Made by a program: the position numbers and the translations under genes. The notes under the pieces were generated by a model. It worked only from the letters and a program-made list of their open reading frames with translations, was not told the DNA's origin and ran no database searches. A DNA stretch of 64,000 nt from an uncultured candidate division Zixibacteria bacterium (GTDB lineage Bacteria > Zixibacteria > MSB-5A5 > GN15 > PGXB01), in assembly GCA_963702205.1 (NCBI GenBank), contig OY969724.1, positions 1,248,001 through 1,312,000 on the forward strand. Reading direction: 5' to 3'. Shown here one piece after another: positions 20,834-31,437 of the stretch (position 1 is the stretch's first letter; the number at the start of each line of letters is the position of its first letter).

Positions 20834-22057
20834 TTACTTTTTCAGAAGCGTTTTACGGGTCACCCGCTTGCGGGGAGTCGCCTTCTTGGTCGTGGTCGTC
20901 TTCATCCGGCTGGCGGTGGTCGTCGTTTTCGTTTCCGCCTGCTTTTTCATAGTGAGTTTGCGTTTGGTCGTCGTAGTCGTCTTGTGGCCGTATTTCTGGA
21001 TGAACTCCTCGGTCAACCGGCGAGCCTCGTCATCGGTGTACTGCACCGGCGGCGATTTCTTGAAATACGACGACGGCGCTTCGAGCGCACCTTTGAGCCC
21101 GTTGTCCAGGCCGAGTTTGCAGCAGCGGACGGCGTCGATCACGACCCCGGCCGAGTTGGGCGAATCCCAGACTTCCATTTTCATTTCGATGTTCAGCGGG
21201 ACGTTGCCGAACGTCGTGCCTTCCAGGCGGATGTAGGCCCATTTGCGGTCGGACAGCCAGCTGACGTAATCCGACGGCCCGATATGCACGTTGCCGGCGC
21301 CGATGTCGTAATCGAGCTGGGATGTAACGGCGTTGGTTTTGGAAATCTTTTTGGATTCCAGCCGCGAGCGTTCCAGCATGTTCAGAAAGTCGGTGTTGCC
21401 GCCGACGTTGAGCTGGCTGGTGCGTTCCAACTTGACGCCGCGTTCGCGGAACAAGCGGGTCAGGACACGATGTGTGATGGTCGCGCCGACCTGCGATTTG
21501 ATGTCATCGCCGATGACCGGCAGGCCTCTTTCCTCGAAGCGCTTCTGCCAGTATTTTTCACGGGCGATAAAGACCGGGATGCAGTTCACGAATCCACAAC
21601 CGGCGTCGAGAATCTGCTCGACATACCATTTGGTGGCTTCTTCGGAACCGACCGGGAGGTAATTCACGACCACGTCGGTTTTCGTGTCCTTGAGCAGCTT
21701 GACTATGTCGACCGTGTCGCCGGGGGCCTTTTCGATAATTTCCGACAGGTATTTGCCGAGTCCGTCGTGGGTCATGCCGCGCTGGACGGTTATGCCGGTT
21801 TTGGGCACGTCGCAGAACTTGTACGTATTGTTCGGCTTGGTATAGATAGCTTCGGCCAGGTCTTTGCCGACTTTGTTCTTGTCGATGTCGATCGCGGCCG
21901 AAAACTCAACGTCGCTGATATGATACCCACCCAGGTTGGTGTGCATGATCCCGGGAATGAATTCATTGTCGGCGGCGTTCTTGTAAAACTCTACTCCCTG
22001 AACGAGCGATGAGGCGCAGTTGCCTACTCCGATTATAGCAACTCTTAGTTTACCCAT
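20834..22057 (-). CDS. ino1: myo-inositol-1-phosphate synthase with Lys/Thr-rich C-terminal tail
   Basis: [47 protein letters not shown]. Confidence 0.95.
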   Translation of the reverse strand: MGKLRVAIIGVGNCASSLVQGVEFYKNAADNEFIPGIMHTNLGGYHISDVEFSAAIDIDKNKVGKDLAEAIYTKPNNTYKFCDVPKTGITVQRGMTHDGLGKYLSEIIEKAPGDTVDIVKLLKDTKTDVVVNYLPVGSEEATKWYVEQILDAGCGFVNCIPVFIAREKYWQKRFEERGLPVIGDDIKSQVGATITHRVLTRLFRERGVKLERTSQLNVGGNTDFLNMLERSRLESKKISKTNAVTSQLDYDIGAGNVHIGPSDYVSWLSDRKWAYIRLEGTTFGNVPLNIEMKMEVWDSPNSAGVVIDAVRCCKLGLDNGLKGALEAPSSYFKKSPPVQYTDDEARRLTEEFIQKYGHKTTTTTKRKLTMKKQAETKTTTTASRMKTTTTKKATPRKRVTRKTLLKK

Positions 22058-22129
22058 GTCGATAAAATCTCCTTTTATTTTTAAGCCGGGCCAATATAGC
22101 AGGGTTATACGAACGGTGCAAGAAAAATA

Positions 22130-22176
22130 TTGACATTTGTATAGTGCTGTATTATATATGATGACTTATAAGTCAT
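22130..22176 (+). promoter_or_regulatory. Sigma70-like promoter and perfect 16-bp palindrome (candidate TetR operator)
   Basis: TTGACA at 22130 with an AT-rich -10 region; ATGACTTATAAGTCAT at 22161-22176. Confidence 0.7.
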
Positions 22177-22196
22177 AAATAATATATGAAGCAATC

Positions 22197-22850
22197 ATGA
22201 ATGAAAATTTGATCGTCAACCTCGAAGGACGGAAAGTCGTGACGGCGACCTTCCGCAAGCTGTCCCGGGCCAAGAAGGACAAGATATATGCCGCCATCAT
22301 CGGGGCTTTCGGACACGATGCCTTCGCGCGCGTTTCGCTGGATAGTATCGCCGATACGGCGGGTATCGCCAAGGGTTCGCTGGTGCAGTATTTTATTGAA
22401 AAGGAAAATCTGGCGGTCTTCGCGGCCGAGATTCTATTCGACAGTTTCCAGGCCCATTGGGAAAGGCATTTTGCGGTCGATTATTCCGGACGCGTCCGCG
22501 ATAAGATAATGAAATTCATGTCGGGCGAAGTTCGTTACTGGTTCGAAAACAAAGCCGAGGCGTTATTTTATATAAAAATGACCTATGAACACGGGGCCGG
22601 ATTCGGAAAATCGTTCCGCGATGGTTTTCACGAACTGCGGCTGGATTATCTGCACGATATCCTTCACTCCGGAATCGAATCGCGGGAGATCAGTCCCAAC
22701 GCCGATATCGATGCCGCCGCCGAACTTCTGGCTTCGTTTCAGGGAGACGTCGTTTATCAGGCTGTAACCGAAGAAAAAAAGAAATCGGTCGATTTTTACG
22801 CGCTGATAATCAAGCGGAGCGTGGAAATAGTCATCGCGGGTTTGGATTAG
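22197..22850 (+). CDS. TetR/AcrR family regulator
   Basis: SLDSIADTAGIAKGSLVQYFIEKENL helix-turn-helix. Confidence 0.85.
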   Translation: MNENLIVNLEGRKVVTATFRKLSRAKKDKIYAAIIGAFGHDAFARVSLDSIADTAGIAKGSLVQYFIEKENLAVFAAEILFDSFQAHWERHFAVDYSGRVRDKIMKFMSGEVRYWFENKAEALFYIKMTYEHGAGFGKSFRDGFHELRLDYLHDILHSGIESREISPNADIDAAAELLASFQGDVVYQAVTEEKKKSVDFYALIIKRSVEIVIAGLD

Positions 22851-22853
22851 ATC

Positions 22854-23777
22854 CTATAATACCGCTACTTTGAAATCAACTTTATCCAGCAGAATCTTCT
22901 GACGGTGCCGGACTTCGCTTTCGGTCATTATAAAATTCGGGCCGACCTGTTCGATCATAATTGAACTGACGCACGATGCAAAACAGCCCGACCTCCTCAG
23001 GTCCTTGGTGCGAAGGTACTCGAACGTGAAACCGGCCATATAGGTGTCGCCCGCGCCGGTGGCATCGAGCAAATCAATTTCATAGGGCGGGATATCTATG
23101 AAATCCGTACCATCAAATATCACCGAACCGAGCTCGGCCAGCGTGACTATGACAATTTTCGGACCCCAGCTTTTGATAATTTCCGCCGCACGGTACGGGT
23201 CTTTGCGACAGTCGATTCCGGTCAGGACTTTGGCTTCGAGCTCGTTGGGCTTGACGACGTCGAAATTCGAAAGCGCCTGTTCGATGCCTTCGCGTTTCTC
23301 GTGAAATATCCGGCCGGTGTCGTCGGCATCGCGCAGCAGTCCCTGCGGATCACAGAAAAAGAGGCCGTCGAAGTTTTTGCGAATATCGGGAATCTGCTCC
23401 AGCGATACCTCGCCCAGTATCGGGGCAATAAGTACAGCCTTCGAATCAGAATACAATTTCGGATCGAGACTGCCGATATCCGAAGCACGGCCGAGAAGGT
23501 CCAGCGTGCGGTTGCCGAAGTCATCGTAATAGATCAACGAAAATCCGCCCGAGGATTCGGAAGCTATGATATAATTTTCGATTTTGAGATCGGCCAACGT
23601 GGTTTTGAAATGGGCTTTGTAATCGTCGCCGATCGCCCCGATCAGCCGGACGGTTTCGCCGAGCCGTGACAGTGCCAGGGCAGCGTTGGTGCTGCATCCG
23701 GACAAAACCCGGTTTTGGGTGTCTATCTTCTGAGTTTTAATGTAATCATAGACCGGATTGCCGATGGCGGTAATCAT
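22854..23777 (-). CDS. PfkB/ribokinase-family kinase (candidate inositol kinase)
   Basis: KPNELEA, DATGAGDTY; directly downstream of the CDP-alcohol phosphotransferase. Substrate is inferred from context only. Confidence 0.85.
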   Translation of the reverse strand: MITAIGNPVYDYIKTQKIDTQNRVLSGCSTNAALALSRLGETVRLIGAIGDDYKAHFKTTLADLKIENYIIASESSGGFSLIYYDDFGNRTLDLLGRASDIGSLDPKLYSDSKAVLIAPILGEVSLEQIPDIRKNFDGLFFCDPQGLLRDADDTGRIFHEKREGIEQALSNFDVVKPNELEAKVLTGIDCRKDPYRAAEIIKSWGPKIVIVTLAELGSVIFDGTDFIDIPPYEIDLLDATGAGDTYMAGFTFEYLRTKDLRRSGCFASCVSSIMIEQVGPNFIMTESEVRHRQKILLDKVDFKVAVL

Positions 23778-23791
23778 ATGACTTTGCCTCT

Positions 23792-24400
23792 TCAGCTGTT
23801 TTCACGATTTTTAAGAACTTTGGAAGTATAAACCAGTCTTTGCACCGATGTGATATAGGAGCTTACGCCGACAATAATTAAAGCTATTTCAAGCCAGCGG
23901 CTGCTGGGATAAAATTTTTCAAGCAAAGCCCCGATTATAATCAAAATGAATTTCTCCAGTCGACCCATGAAGCCGACCGCGCAGTTTTCGATTTTGCCCA
24001 TCGATTCGGCCGCGGCACGAGTGTAACTGGCGATAATCATCCCGAACAATGCGAATAATGCCCAGCCGGGATGGACTATTCCGGACAGGGCGATTCCGGC
24101 CAGAATAAAAAACTCGCTGTAGCGGTCGAAGACGTGGTCGAGAATGCCGCCGAAAGTGGTGCCAATATTGCCCGCGCGAGCAGTTGCGCCGTCGAGCATG
24201 TCGATAAACGAATTGGCCACCATTAAGATAACGCCGGCGATTATGTTCCCGCGCCAGAAATATATGCCCGATGCGATGGCCGATATAACCGCCAGGACGG
24301 TCAACATGTTGGGCGTCAAACCGATTTTGAGGCAGATTCGACCCAGAATCGGGGTCGAACGCTCATAAATCTCGCGTTTCATTTTATTAATTTCGGTCAT
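23792..24400 (-). CDS. CDP-alcohol phosphatidyltransferase (PIP/AIP synthase-like)
   Basis: TPNMLT, DMLDGATAR..GGILDHVFDR, SYTRAAAES, GFMGRLE. Confidence 0.9.
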   Translation of the reverse strand: MTEINKMKREIYERSTPILGRICLKIGLTPNMLTVLAVISAIASGIYFWRGNIIAGVILMVANSFIDMLDGATARAGNIGTTFGGILDHVFDRYSEFFILAGIALSGIVHPGWALFALFGMIIASYTRAAAESMGKIENCAVGFMGRLEKFILIIIGALLEKFYPSSRWLEIALIIVGVSSYITSVQRLVYTSKVLKNRENS

Positions 24401-24530
24401 CGGTTATCTCCGTTTGTGAAGCGCAATATAGTTTGGCCGATTACATTGTCAAGTTGTTTGACATCCGTTTCATGACGATTGACAGGAGCGTGTCAACAGT
24501 GTATTTTGTGCGTCTGCCGGTAAGGAAAAT

Positions 24531-26333
24531 ATGAAAGACACGGAATACATACGGAATTTTTCGATTATCGCCCACATCGACCACGGCAAATCGACTCTGG
24601 CCGACCGCCTGCTGGAAGCGACGCGAGCCATATCCGAACGCGAGATGCGTCAGCAGGTACTCGACGATATGGACCTCGAACGCGAGCGCGGGATCACGAT
24701 CAAGGCCCACGCCATCCGTCTGGCCTATAAGGCCAAAGACAAGAATATCTACCAGTTGAATTTGATCGACACCCCGGGGCACGTCGATTTCACCTACGAG
24801 GTCTCCCGGTCGTTGTCAGCCTGCGAGGGGACGCTTCTGGTGGTCGATGCCTCGCAGGGGATCGAAGCCCAGACCGTTTCCAATCTTTTTCTGGCGCTGG
24901 GAAACAATCTTGAAATTATTCCGGTCATAAATAAGATCGATCTGCCCTCGGCCCGTATTCCCGAAGTCACCGCCGAACTGATTGATCTGATCGGCTGCAA
25001 AGAAGAAGAAATTATCGCCTGTTCGGCCAAGACCGGGCAGGGGATAGGCGACTTACTGGAGGCCATTGTCAAGAGATTCCCCCCTCCGCAAGGCGATTCC
25101 GACAAACCGCTTAAAGCCCTCGTGTTCGATTCGGTGTACACATCGTATCGCGGCGCGGCGGTTTATTTGAAATTAGTCGATGGCAAAGTCGGCAAAGGCG
25201 ACCGTGTGAAATTCTTTTCTCACGGCAAGCAGTTCGAAGTCGATGAAGTCGGGTTTAAAATGCTGAAGTACCACCCGGTCGAACGGTTGAACGCCGGTGA
25301 GGTTGGTTACCTTTACGCCAACATCCGCAATGTCGGTGATACCAGAATCGGCGACACCATCACGCTGGCGGCCGAACCGACCGACAAACCGCTGCCGGGA
25401 TTCGTGGCGATCAAGCCGATGGTTTTCGCGGGGATTTATCCGGCTATCGCCGAGGACTATACTCTTCTGCGCGAATCACTTGAAAAGCTGGTGCTCAACG
25501 ATGCCTCGCTCACTTTCGTGCCGGAGACGTCGAGCGCGCTCGGTTTCGGCTTTCGCTGCGGCTTTCTCGGTATGCTGCATATGGAGATCATCACCGAGCG
25601 CCTGTCGCGGGAGTACAATCAGACCATTATCAATACCGTCCCCAACGTCGAATACCACGCCTACACTGCGACCGGTGAAGAAGTTATTGTCAATTCCCCG
25701 ACTCAGATGCCCGACGCCGGGAAGGTCGAATATATCGAGGAGCCGTACGTCGACGCGCAGATTGTCACGCCGCCGGAGTCGATCGGGGGCGTCATGCGTT
25801 TGTGCACCGAGAGACGGGGTGAGTACAAGAACACCGAATACCCGACCCAGCTGCGGGCGGTGATGAGCTATGCTTTCCCGCTGTCCGAGATCATTTTCGA
25901 TTTTTATGACAAGCTCAAATCCATTTCGCGCGGTTATGCCTCGCTCGACTACGGGCTGCCGTACTATAAGAAATCCAACCTGTCCAAGCTTGATATTTTA
26001 ATCAATAGCGATCCGGTCGATGCACTATCGGTTATTATACATCGTGATAAAGCGTACAAGTACGGCCTAAATTTAACCGAGAAACTCCGGTCGCTCATTC
26101 CGCGCCAGATGTTCGAGGTGGTCATACAGGCGGCCATCGGCAGCCGGATTATTTCGCGGGCAACAGTCAAGCCGCTGCGCAAGAACGTCACGGCCAAATG
26201 TTACGGCGGCGACATCACCCGCAAACGCAAATTGCTCGAACGCCAGAAAGAGGGCAAGAAGCGAATGAAGCAGGTTGGCACGGTCGAAATCCCGCAGGAA
26301 GCTTTCTTGGCAGCGCTTAAGATTGATGAATAA
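24531..26333 (+). CDS. lepA: Elongation factor 4
   Basis: [42 protein letters not shown]. Confidence 0.98.
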   Translation: MKDTEYIRNFSIIAHIDHGKSTLADRLLEATRAISEREMRQQVLDDMDLERERGITIKAHAIRLAYKAKDKNIYQLNLIDTPGHVDFTYEVSRSLSACEGTLLVVDASQGIEAQTVSNLFLALGNNLEIIPVINKIDLPSARIPEVTAELIDLIGCKEEEIIACSAKTGQGIGDLLEAIVKRFPPPQGDSDKPLKALVFDSVYTSYRGAAVYLKLVDGKVGKGDRVKFFSHGKQFEVDEVGFKMLKYHPVERLNAGEVGYLYANIRNVGDTRIGDTITLAAEPTDKPLPGFVAIKPMVFAGIYPAIAEDYTLLRESLEKLVLNDASLTFVPETSSALGFGFRCGFLGMLHMEIITERLSREYNQTIINTVPNVEYHAYTATGEEVIVNSPTQMPDAGKVEYIEEPYVDAQIVTPPESIGGVMRLCTERRGEYKNTEYPTQLRAVMSYAFPLSEIIFDFYDKLKSISRGYASLDYGLPYYKKSNLSKLDILINSDPVDALSVIIHRDKAYKYGLNLTEKLRSLIPRQMFEVVIQAAIGSRIISRATVKPLRKNVTAKCYGGDITRKRKLLERQKEGKKRMKQVGTVEIPQEAFLAALKIDE

Positions 26334-26446
26334 ATAAATCGCCAAATTCCTTAAATTTCAGCCTTGGTGTGCTTTTAATGTAAAATTAACAGAAGTTTGA
26401 CAGAGAACTTGGATGTCAAAGGCGCAGGGCCTTCAGGAAATAAGAA

Positions 26447-26995
26447 TTATTTATTGCAATCTTTCTTTTCAATGGCATAAATCGTGTCGATAAAAACGAA
26501 TTCACTCCCATATCGAACCAAGCTATCCAGCATGATCCTTAGGTCTAAGCCTATATTATTTTTTCCGCGAACGTCGCTTTTATCATCTGATAGTGGATTA
26601 GCACAAAAGCATAAAGACAATACATACTTGTCTGGTGAAAGCGTATCAGGTGAAGGATCAATGTATCTATTATAACATTTATTCATACGTTTATCATTTA
26701 GAAGAACACTAACTGAATATGGATCAAATACGAGTTTGTCTCTCAACTCCGGGTTTATTTTAAATGCCAAATTCAGCCATATTGAATAATCCTCGCAAGG
26801 ATAATAGCTGAAGCTGTTTATCTTCAGTTTTAAATCTCCATTCAAAAATTCTAAACCCAGTGTTTTTCGTAATTTATCCCCTTGCTTAAACCACAGATGC
26901 AGACGCGGATTGGGGCATCCACTTAATATGCAAACGGCGAAAATCGTAAATAGGCATGTTCCAATAATCCTCAATTTGAACAATTGGCTTTGCAT
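26447..26995 (-). CDS. Hypothetical lipoprotein (AT-rich)
   Basis: GGGAGG RBS, lipobox ILSGC, 182-aa ORF. Confidence 0.65.
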   Translation of the reverse strand: MQSQLFKLRIIGTCLFTIFAVCILSGCPNPRLHLWFKQGDKLRKTLGLEFLNGDLKLKINSFSYYPCEDYSIWLNLAFKINPELRDKLVFDPYSVSVLLNDKRMNKCYNRYIDPSPDTLSPDKYVLSLCFCANPLSDDKSDVRGKNNIGLDLRIMLDSLVRYGSEFVFIDTIYAIEKKDCNK

Positions 26996-27123
26996 ACAGA
27001 TTTCCTCCCGATCACACGACTTATTAAATTCGATAATTCATCCTATTTACCTAATTGAAATTTGTCAATATCTTTATTTTAGAGAATCCAGCCTAATGAA
27101 GAGAAATCGGGTTAAATATAAAA

Positions 27124-27189
27124 ATACAGGGCAGGCATCGTGGTATGCCTGCCCTCGCCTGAGCAGGAGGAATATGAGGGTTTAAAATT
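27124..27189. repeat. 66-bp direct repeat, copy 1
   Basis: 65/66 identical to 29875-29940; contains the hairpin AGGGCAGGCAT-CGTGGT-ATGCCTGCCCT. Confidence 0.92.
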
Positions 27190-27457
27190 TTCTGCCTTGT
27201 TCGCATTCCAGTAGGTCAGGTTCCGAAGCGTCAGCGAGAAACCCGACATCTTTTCTTAATTTCTCGTTGCACGCTTTTCCCCCAATAATCGTTTAGTAAT
27301 TACTCGCATTAATGGCGTGAAAATGGGTGGGCTGTGTCAGAAACAGGTATCCTTAAGATCTTGTCACTTGTTAGATTCCGCATAAATCATTATATTACAT
27401 ACAGGGCCGGGGCTGGGGCCGCACAAAAATCATTTGGGCCTTTTCGGTGGAGGGGTT

Positions 27458-29803
27458 ATGAATCACAAAAAAACTCTTTGTGAAATCACCGCAATTGCTT
27501 TGTCAATTTTGTTGTGCGTAGCCGTTTCAGGCTACTGCCAAAGCGGTGCCGATAGCTATTTCGCTCCCGATGACATTTATTGGGACAATAATCTTTCGCC
27601 AAGCCTTCCCGGGGTGAACGGCAGGGTTCTGGCAATGGCGAATTATGACGGCAACGTCGTTATCGGTGGCTATTTTAGCGCCGTCGGCGACCAACCGGTC
27701 AATTATATAGCGGCCTGGGACGGTTATACCTGGACTTCATTGGGTGCAGGTATGAATGGTTCCGTGGGTGCGTTGGCCGTCTATGACGGAAAGTTGATAG
27801 CCGCGGGAGGATTCACTACTGCCGGGGGTGAGGCGATCTCTTATATCGCCGCCTGGGACGGATCCTCTTGGTCCACTCTGGGCGCAGGCACAAATGGTGG
27901 AGTCTCTGCTCTTGCCGTGTTTGGTGGACAGCTAATCGCAGGCGGATATTTTTCCGCGGCCGGCGGAGTTGCCGCGAACAATATTGCCGCCTGGGACGGA
28001 ACCTCCTGGTCATCATTAGGTTCAGGGTTAGACGGGGCTGTCTCGATTTTAACAGAGTACAATAATAATCTAATAGCCTCCGGTTCCTTTTTGTTTGAAG
28101 AGGACCCGGTATCATCTAATTTTGCAAAATGGGATGGTTCCTCGTGGTCAAATATCGGTTTGGGGATACAGGGCCACATTCGAACACTTGCAGTTTACGA
28201 TAATAAACTTATCGCAGGGGGCATGCCAATGAGAGTCGGGATAATGGACGCCAATGGAATTGCAACTTGGGATGGCGTTTCATGGGAGCCGTTAGGTTCA
28301 GGCGTGGATTATGATGTATTATCTCTGATCGCGTTTGATAATAAGCTGGTTGTCGGAGGCGATTTCACTACCGCCGGCAGTATATATGCAAACAGTATTG
28401 CCGCCTGGGATGGAAATTCCTGGTCAACCTTTCAGTCGGGATTGCGCGGTTGCGGGGGGACCGGGGTTGTCAGGAGCATGCTAATACATGATAATAAGTT
28501 AATCGTCGGTGGCGAATTCACTATGGCAGACGAAATCCCGGCAAGGGGCATCGCGGTGTGGGATAAAACCTCATGGTCATCATTGGCAACCGGGACCAAC
28601 GACGAAATATTGTCATTCGGAAATTATGATGGCAAACTGATCGCCGGGGGGAATTTCACGTCAATTGACGGAACAAATGCCGAATATATTGCGGCTTGGG
28701 ACGGCATATCCTGGTGGCCGCTGGGGACGGGAATGATTGGCGATGGTCTGAATTGCCCGACTGTCCGCGCCATGACTATTTACAATGGGGACCTGATAGC
28801 CGGAGGCAGCTTTGCCAATGCCGGGGGGACCCCCGCCAACCGGATCGCGTCATGGGATGGTTTGGCCTGGGCACCTTTGGGTTATGCCGTGGACGGCAGG
28901 GTGAATGCGCTGACCGTATTCGAAAATAAACTCGTGGCCGGTGGTGACTTCCAGCATGCTGAAGGGACAATTGTCAACAGAGTCGCAATGTGGGACGGTT
29001 CATCATGGTCAGCATTGGGATCGGGCTTCCCAACCCATGTAACCGCACTGGCAGTATATAATAATATGCTGATTGCAGGAGGATATTTTTCAACTTCGGG
29101 CGCCGTATCGACCCGACGGATCGCGGCCTAGGATGGATCGGCTTGGTCCGCCTTGGGCACCGGCATAAGTCAAAGTCAGGTAAACGATCTGGCTATTTAC
29201 AATGGCAAGCTGATCGCGGCAGGAGGATTCTACGAGGCCGGAGGCCTTCCTGCCCTCAATATAGCCGCGTGGGATGGCTCTTCGTGGTCTACGTTGGGAA
29301 TAGGCACGGATGATGCTATTTTAACCCTGACAGTATACAACGGTCTTTTGATCGCCGCCGGTGAATTTACAACCGCCGGTGGTGTTGAAGCAAATCGGAT
29401 TGCCGCCTGGGACGGCACTTCATGGTCGTCGCTGGGTTCGGGAATGTCGGGCTATATTCAAGCTCTTGCTGAATACGACGGTAAACTGGTGCTGGGTGGG
29501 CAAAACAGCGTTATTGGAAACAAAGTCTTTGCGTACCTGGCCGAGTGGACCAAAGGCACTTGCTGTCAGGACTGGGGCGATCCGGGCGATGCCAATAGCG
29601 ATCACTATATAAATCTGCTGGATATATTATATACGATAGATTATGTCTATGCCGATCCGTACGGCGTTCCAGCGAATCCCAACGATTGCAATCAACTTCT
29701 GGATTCCAACGGCGATCACAACGTAAATTTGCTGGATATACTTTATACTATAGATTTTATATATTCAACGCCTCAGGGACCAGCTCCGGTTTGTCCTGAA
29801 TAG
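27458..29803 (+). pseudogene. Secreted beta-propeller repeat + dockerin-like protein with in-frame TAG at 29129-29131
   Basis: Paralog of 8256-12039 (shared PDDIYWDN and CCQDWG.PGDAN). RIAA*DGSAWSALG has TAG where the repeats have W (TGG); the frame continues to 29803 (781 codons). Confidence 0.88.
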
Positions 29804-29829
29804 ACTTTTTAGAATTTTGGCAATAATCG

Positions 29830-29866
29830 GGGTCAATTCTTTAAAAGGAATTGACCTCTTTTTTTT
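29830..29866 (+). terminator. Intrinsic terminator
   Basis: GGTCAATTC...GAATTGACC stem followed by a T8 tract. Confidence 0.75.
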
Positions 29867-29874
29867 CAGAAAAT

Positions 29875-29940
29875 ATACAGGGCAGGCATCGTGGTATACC
29901 TGCCCTCGCCTGAGCAGGAGGAATATGAGGGTTTAAAATT
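29875..29940. repeat. 66-bp direct repeat, copy 2 (terminator-like for the 29950-30870 gene)
   Basis: Matches 27124-27189. Confidence 0.92.
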
Positions 29941-29949
29941 CTCGATAGT

Positions 29950-30870
29950 CTATTTATTTCCAGCGTTATCCTCCGCTGCCGTCGGACCTGAGGCGGTCAG
30001 GACCTTGATCCACACTTCCTGTTCTTTAGGCGTTTCCCTGTGTTGCCCGCCGGGTCTTCCGCCGCCGGGACGTTCGTCATCAAAGCCACCGCCGCCCGTC
30101 ATTCCGCCTCCCGGCATTCCACCACCGCCGGGCATGTCGACCCCGCCTCCGCCCATCCTGAACCCGCCGTGCTCGCCGCCTTCCGGGCGCTCAGGTTGGC
30201 CGCCCCAGTGCAAACCGATCATCACCGGTTGACCGGGTGTTAATCCGAGGCCATAGTCGCGCAGGCCGCTTTCTTTGAGGGGGACTGACATCTCGTAGGA
30301 ATAAAATTCGCCTTCTTTTTTATAGGCCGCCGACGGTCCCTGTTCACCGTCCATAGGTATAATCTTTTCGACTATGACGTCCTTCACATAGCACATCAAA
30401 ACCGGTTCGGAATTGAAACCGCCGGGACGCATCCTGTCGCCTTCTCTCTGCGTGGCCGACGCCGAGTCGCTGCCGGGTCGTTCCCGCATTTCCATTCCGC
30501 GGCCCATACGGTCCTCGCGCTTGGGGCCGTCGTTGAATTTAAGATAAAAATCCTTTTTCTTTTTACCATTGGTATCGAAATAAACCGTCAGTCCGGTCAT
30601 CCTGACCATCGCCGCCGTCTGACGGTTCCTGGTGCGGAAGTGGATATACAAATTATCGCTATCGTTACAGAAACCGAGCGTGACTTCCTGATCGTCGAAA
30701 AAGCTCAAAGGCTTCCCGCTCCAGTCGTCGAAATTGCCGTCGACCGTTATCGGTTTATCGGTCCAGGTGCTTTTCATTTCCAACCCTTTGCAGCCGGACA
30801 GGGCGAACGGGAAGATCGTAAAGATAATGAGGGGATAAATCAGTTTCAGAAAGCGCAAATGCACAATCAT
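29950..30870 (-). CDS. Hypothetical lipoprotein with Gly/Met-rich C-terminal segment
   Basis: Lipobox ALSGC; ITVDGNFDDW (CBM9-like start); GGGGMPGGGM repeats. Confidence 0.75.
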   Translation of the reverse strand: MIVHLRFLKLIYPLIIFTIFPFALSGCKGLEMKSTWTDKPITVDGNFDDWSGKPLSFFDDQEVTLGFCNDSDNLYIHFRTRNRQTAAMVRMTGLTVYFDTNGKKKKDFYLKFNDGPKREDRMGRGMEMRERPGSDSASATQREGDRMRPGGFNSEPVLMCYVKDVIVEKIIPMDGEQGPSAAYKKEGEFYSYEMSVPLKESGLRDYGLGLTPGQPVMIGLHWGGQPERPEGGEHGGFRMGGGGVDMPGGGGMPGGGMTGGGGFDDERPGGGRPGGQHRETPKEQEVWIKVLTASGPTAAEDNAGNK

Positions 30871-31000
30871 CGGCCATGCTCCCTTGATAATGTCATATTC
30901 AAGCGTTTCAAATATTAGACAATTTTTTGGCGGAAAAGACTATTTGAAAAATCAGGCGGAAGTGATTGACTGCCCGGCGTCTTTTGGCTATGGTTGAATC

Positions 31001-31357
31001 ATGCCAAAGTCACCTGCCAAAGATCCGAAAGCAAATTCCTCGACCAGCCCATTCCACAAAAAGGTCGTGGCGATGATAAAGAAAATCCCGAAGGGGAAAG
31101 TCGCCACCTACGGCAAAATCGCCGCTTACGCCGGCAATCCCCTCGCGGCGCGGCAGGTCGTGAGGACACTTCATTCATCGTCGGTCAAAGAAAAACTCCC
31201 ATGGCACCGGGTCATCAACAGCCAGGGCAAAATATCGCTGCCGGTCGGGAACGGCTATGAACTTCAAAAGGCGCTTCTCGAAAGCGACGGCGTGGTTTTC
31301 GGGCTCGGCGATAAGGTCGATCTCAAGAAATATCTCTGGGCTCCCAAGGGGTGGTAA
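31001..31357 (+). CDS. Alkyltransferase-like (ATL, MGMT family) protein
   Basis: IPKGKVATYGKIA, and LPWHRV with Trp in place of the catalytic Cys. Confidence 0.88.
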   Translation: MPKSPAKDPKANSSTSPFHKKVVAMIKKIPKGKVATYGKIAAYAGNPLAARQVVRTLHSSSVKEKLPWHRVINSQGKISLPVGNGYELQKALLESDGVVFGLGDKVDLKKYLWAPKGW

Positions 31358-31437
31358 CCGATCTCCGACGGGAAAGGATTCCCGACAACGCATATTGAAA
31401 TTTGACTTTGACCTCTCAATTTTTTTAATTCCAATCT

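Noticed and set aside
24447..24497. TTGACA-N6-TGTCAA palindrome as an operator
   Set aside because: Adequately explained by -35 boxes of divergent promoters.
29129..29131. Stop-codon reassignment or pyrrolysine at the in-frame TAG
   Set aside because: TAG terminates other genes here (12039, 29803, 40956), the position is a conserved Trp one base from TGG, and no pyl genes are in the window.
8256..29803. Diversity-generating retroelement between the paralogous propellers
   Set aside because: No reverse transcriptase, and divergence is general rather than adenine-specific.
31001..31357. Active O6-methylguanine methyltransferase (ogt)
   Set aside because: PWHRV lacks the acceptor Cys, so it is an ATL protein.
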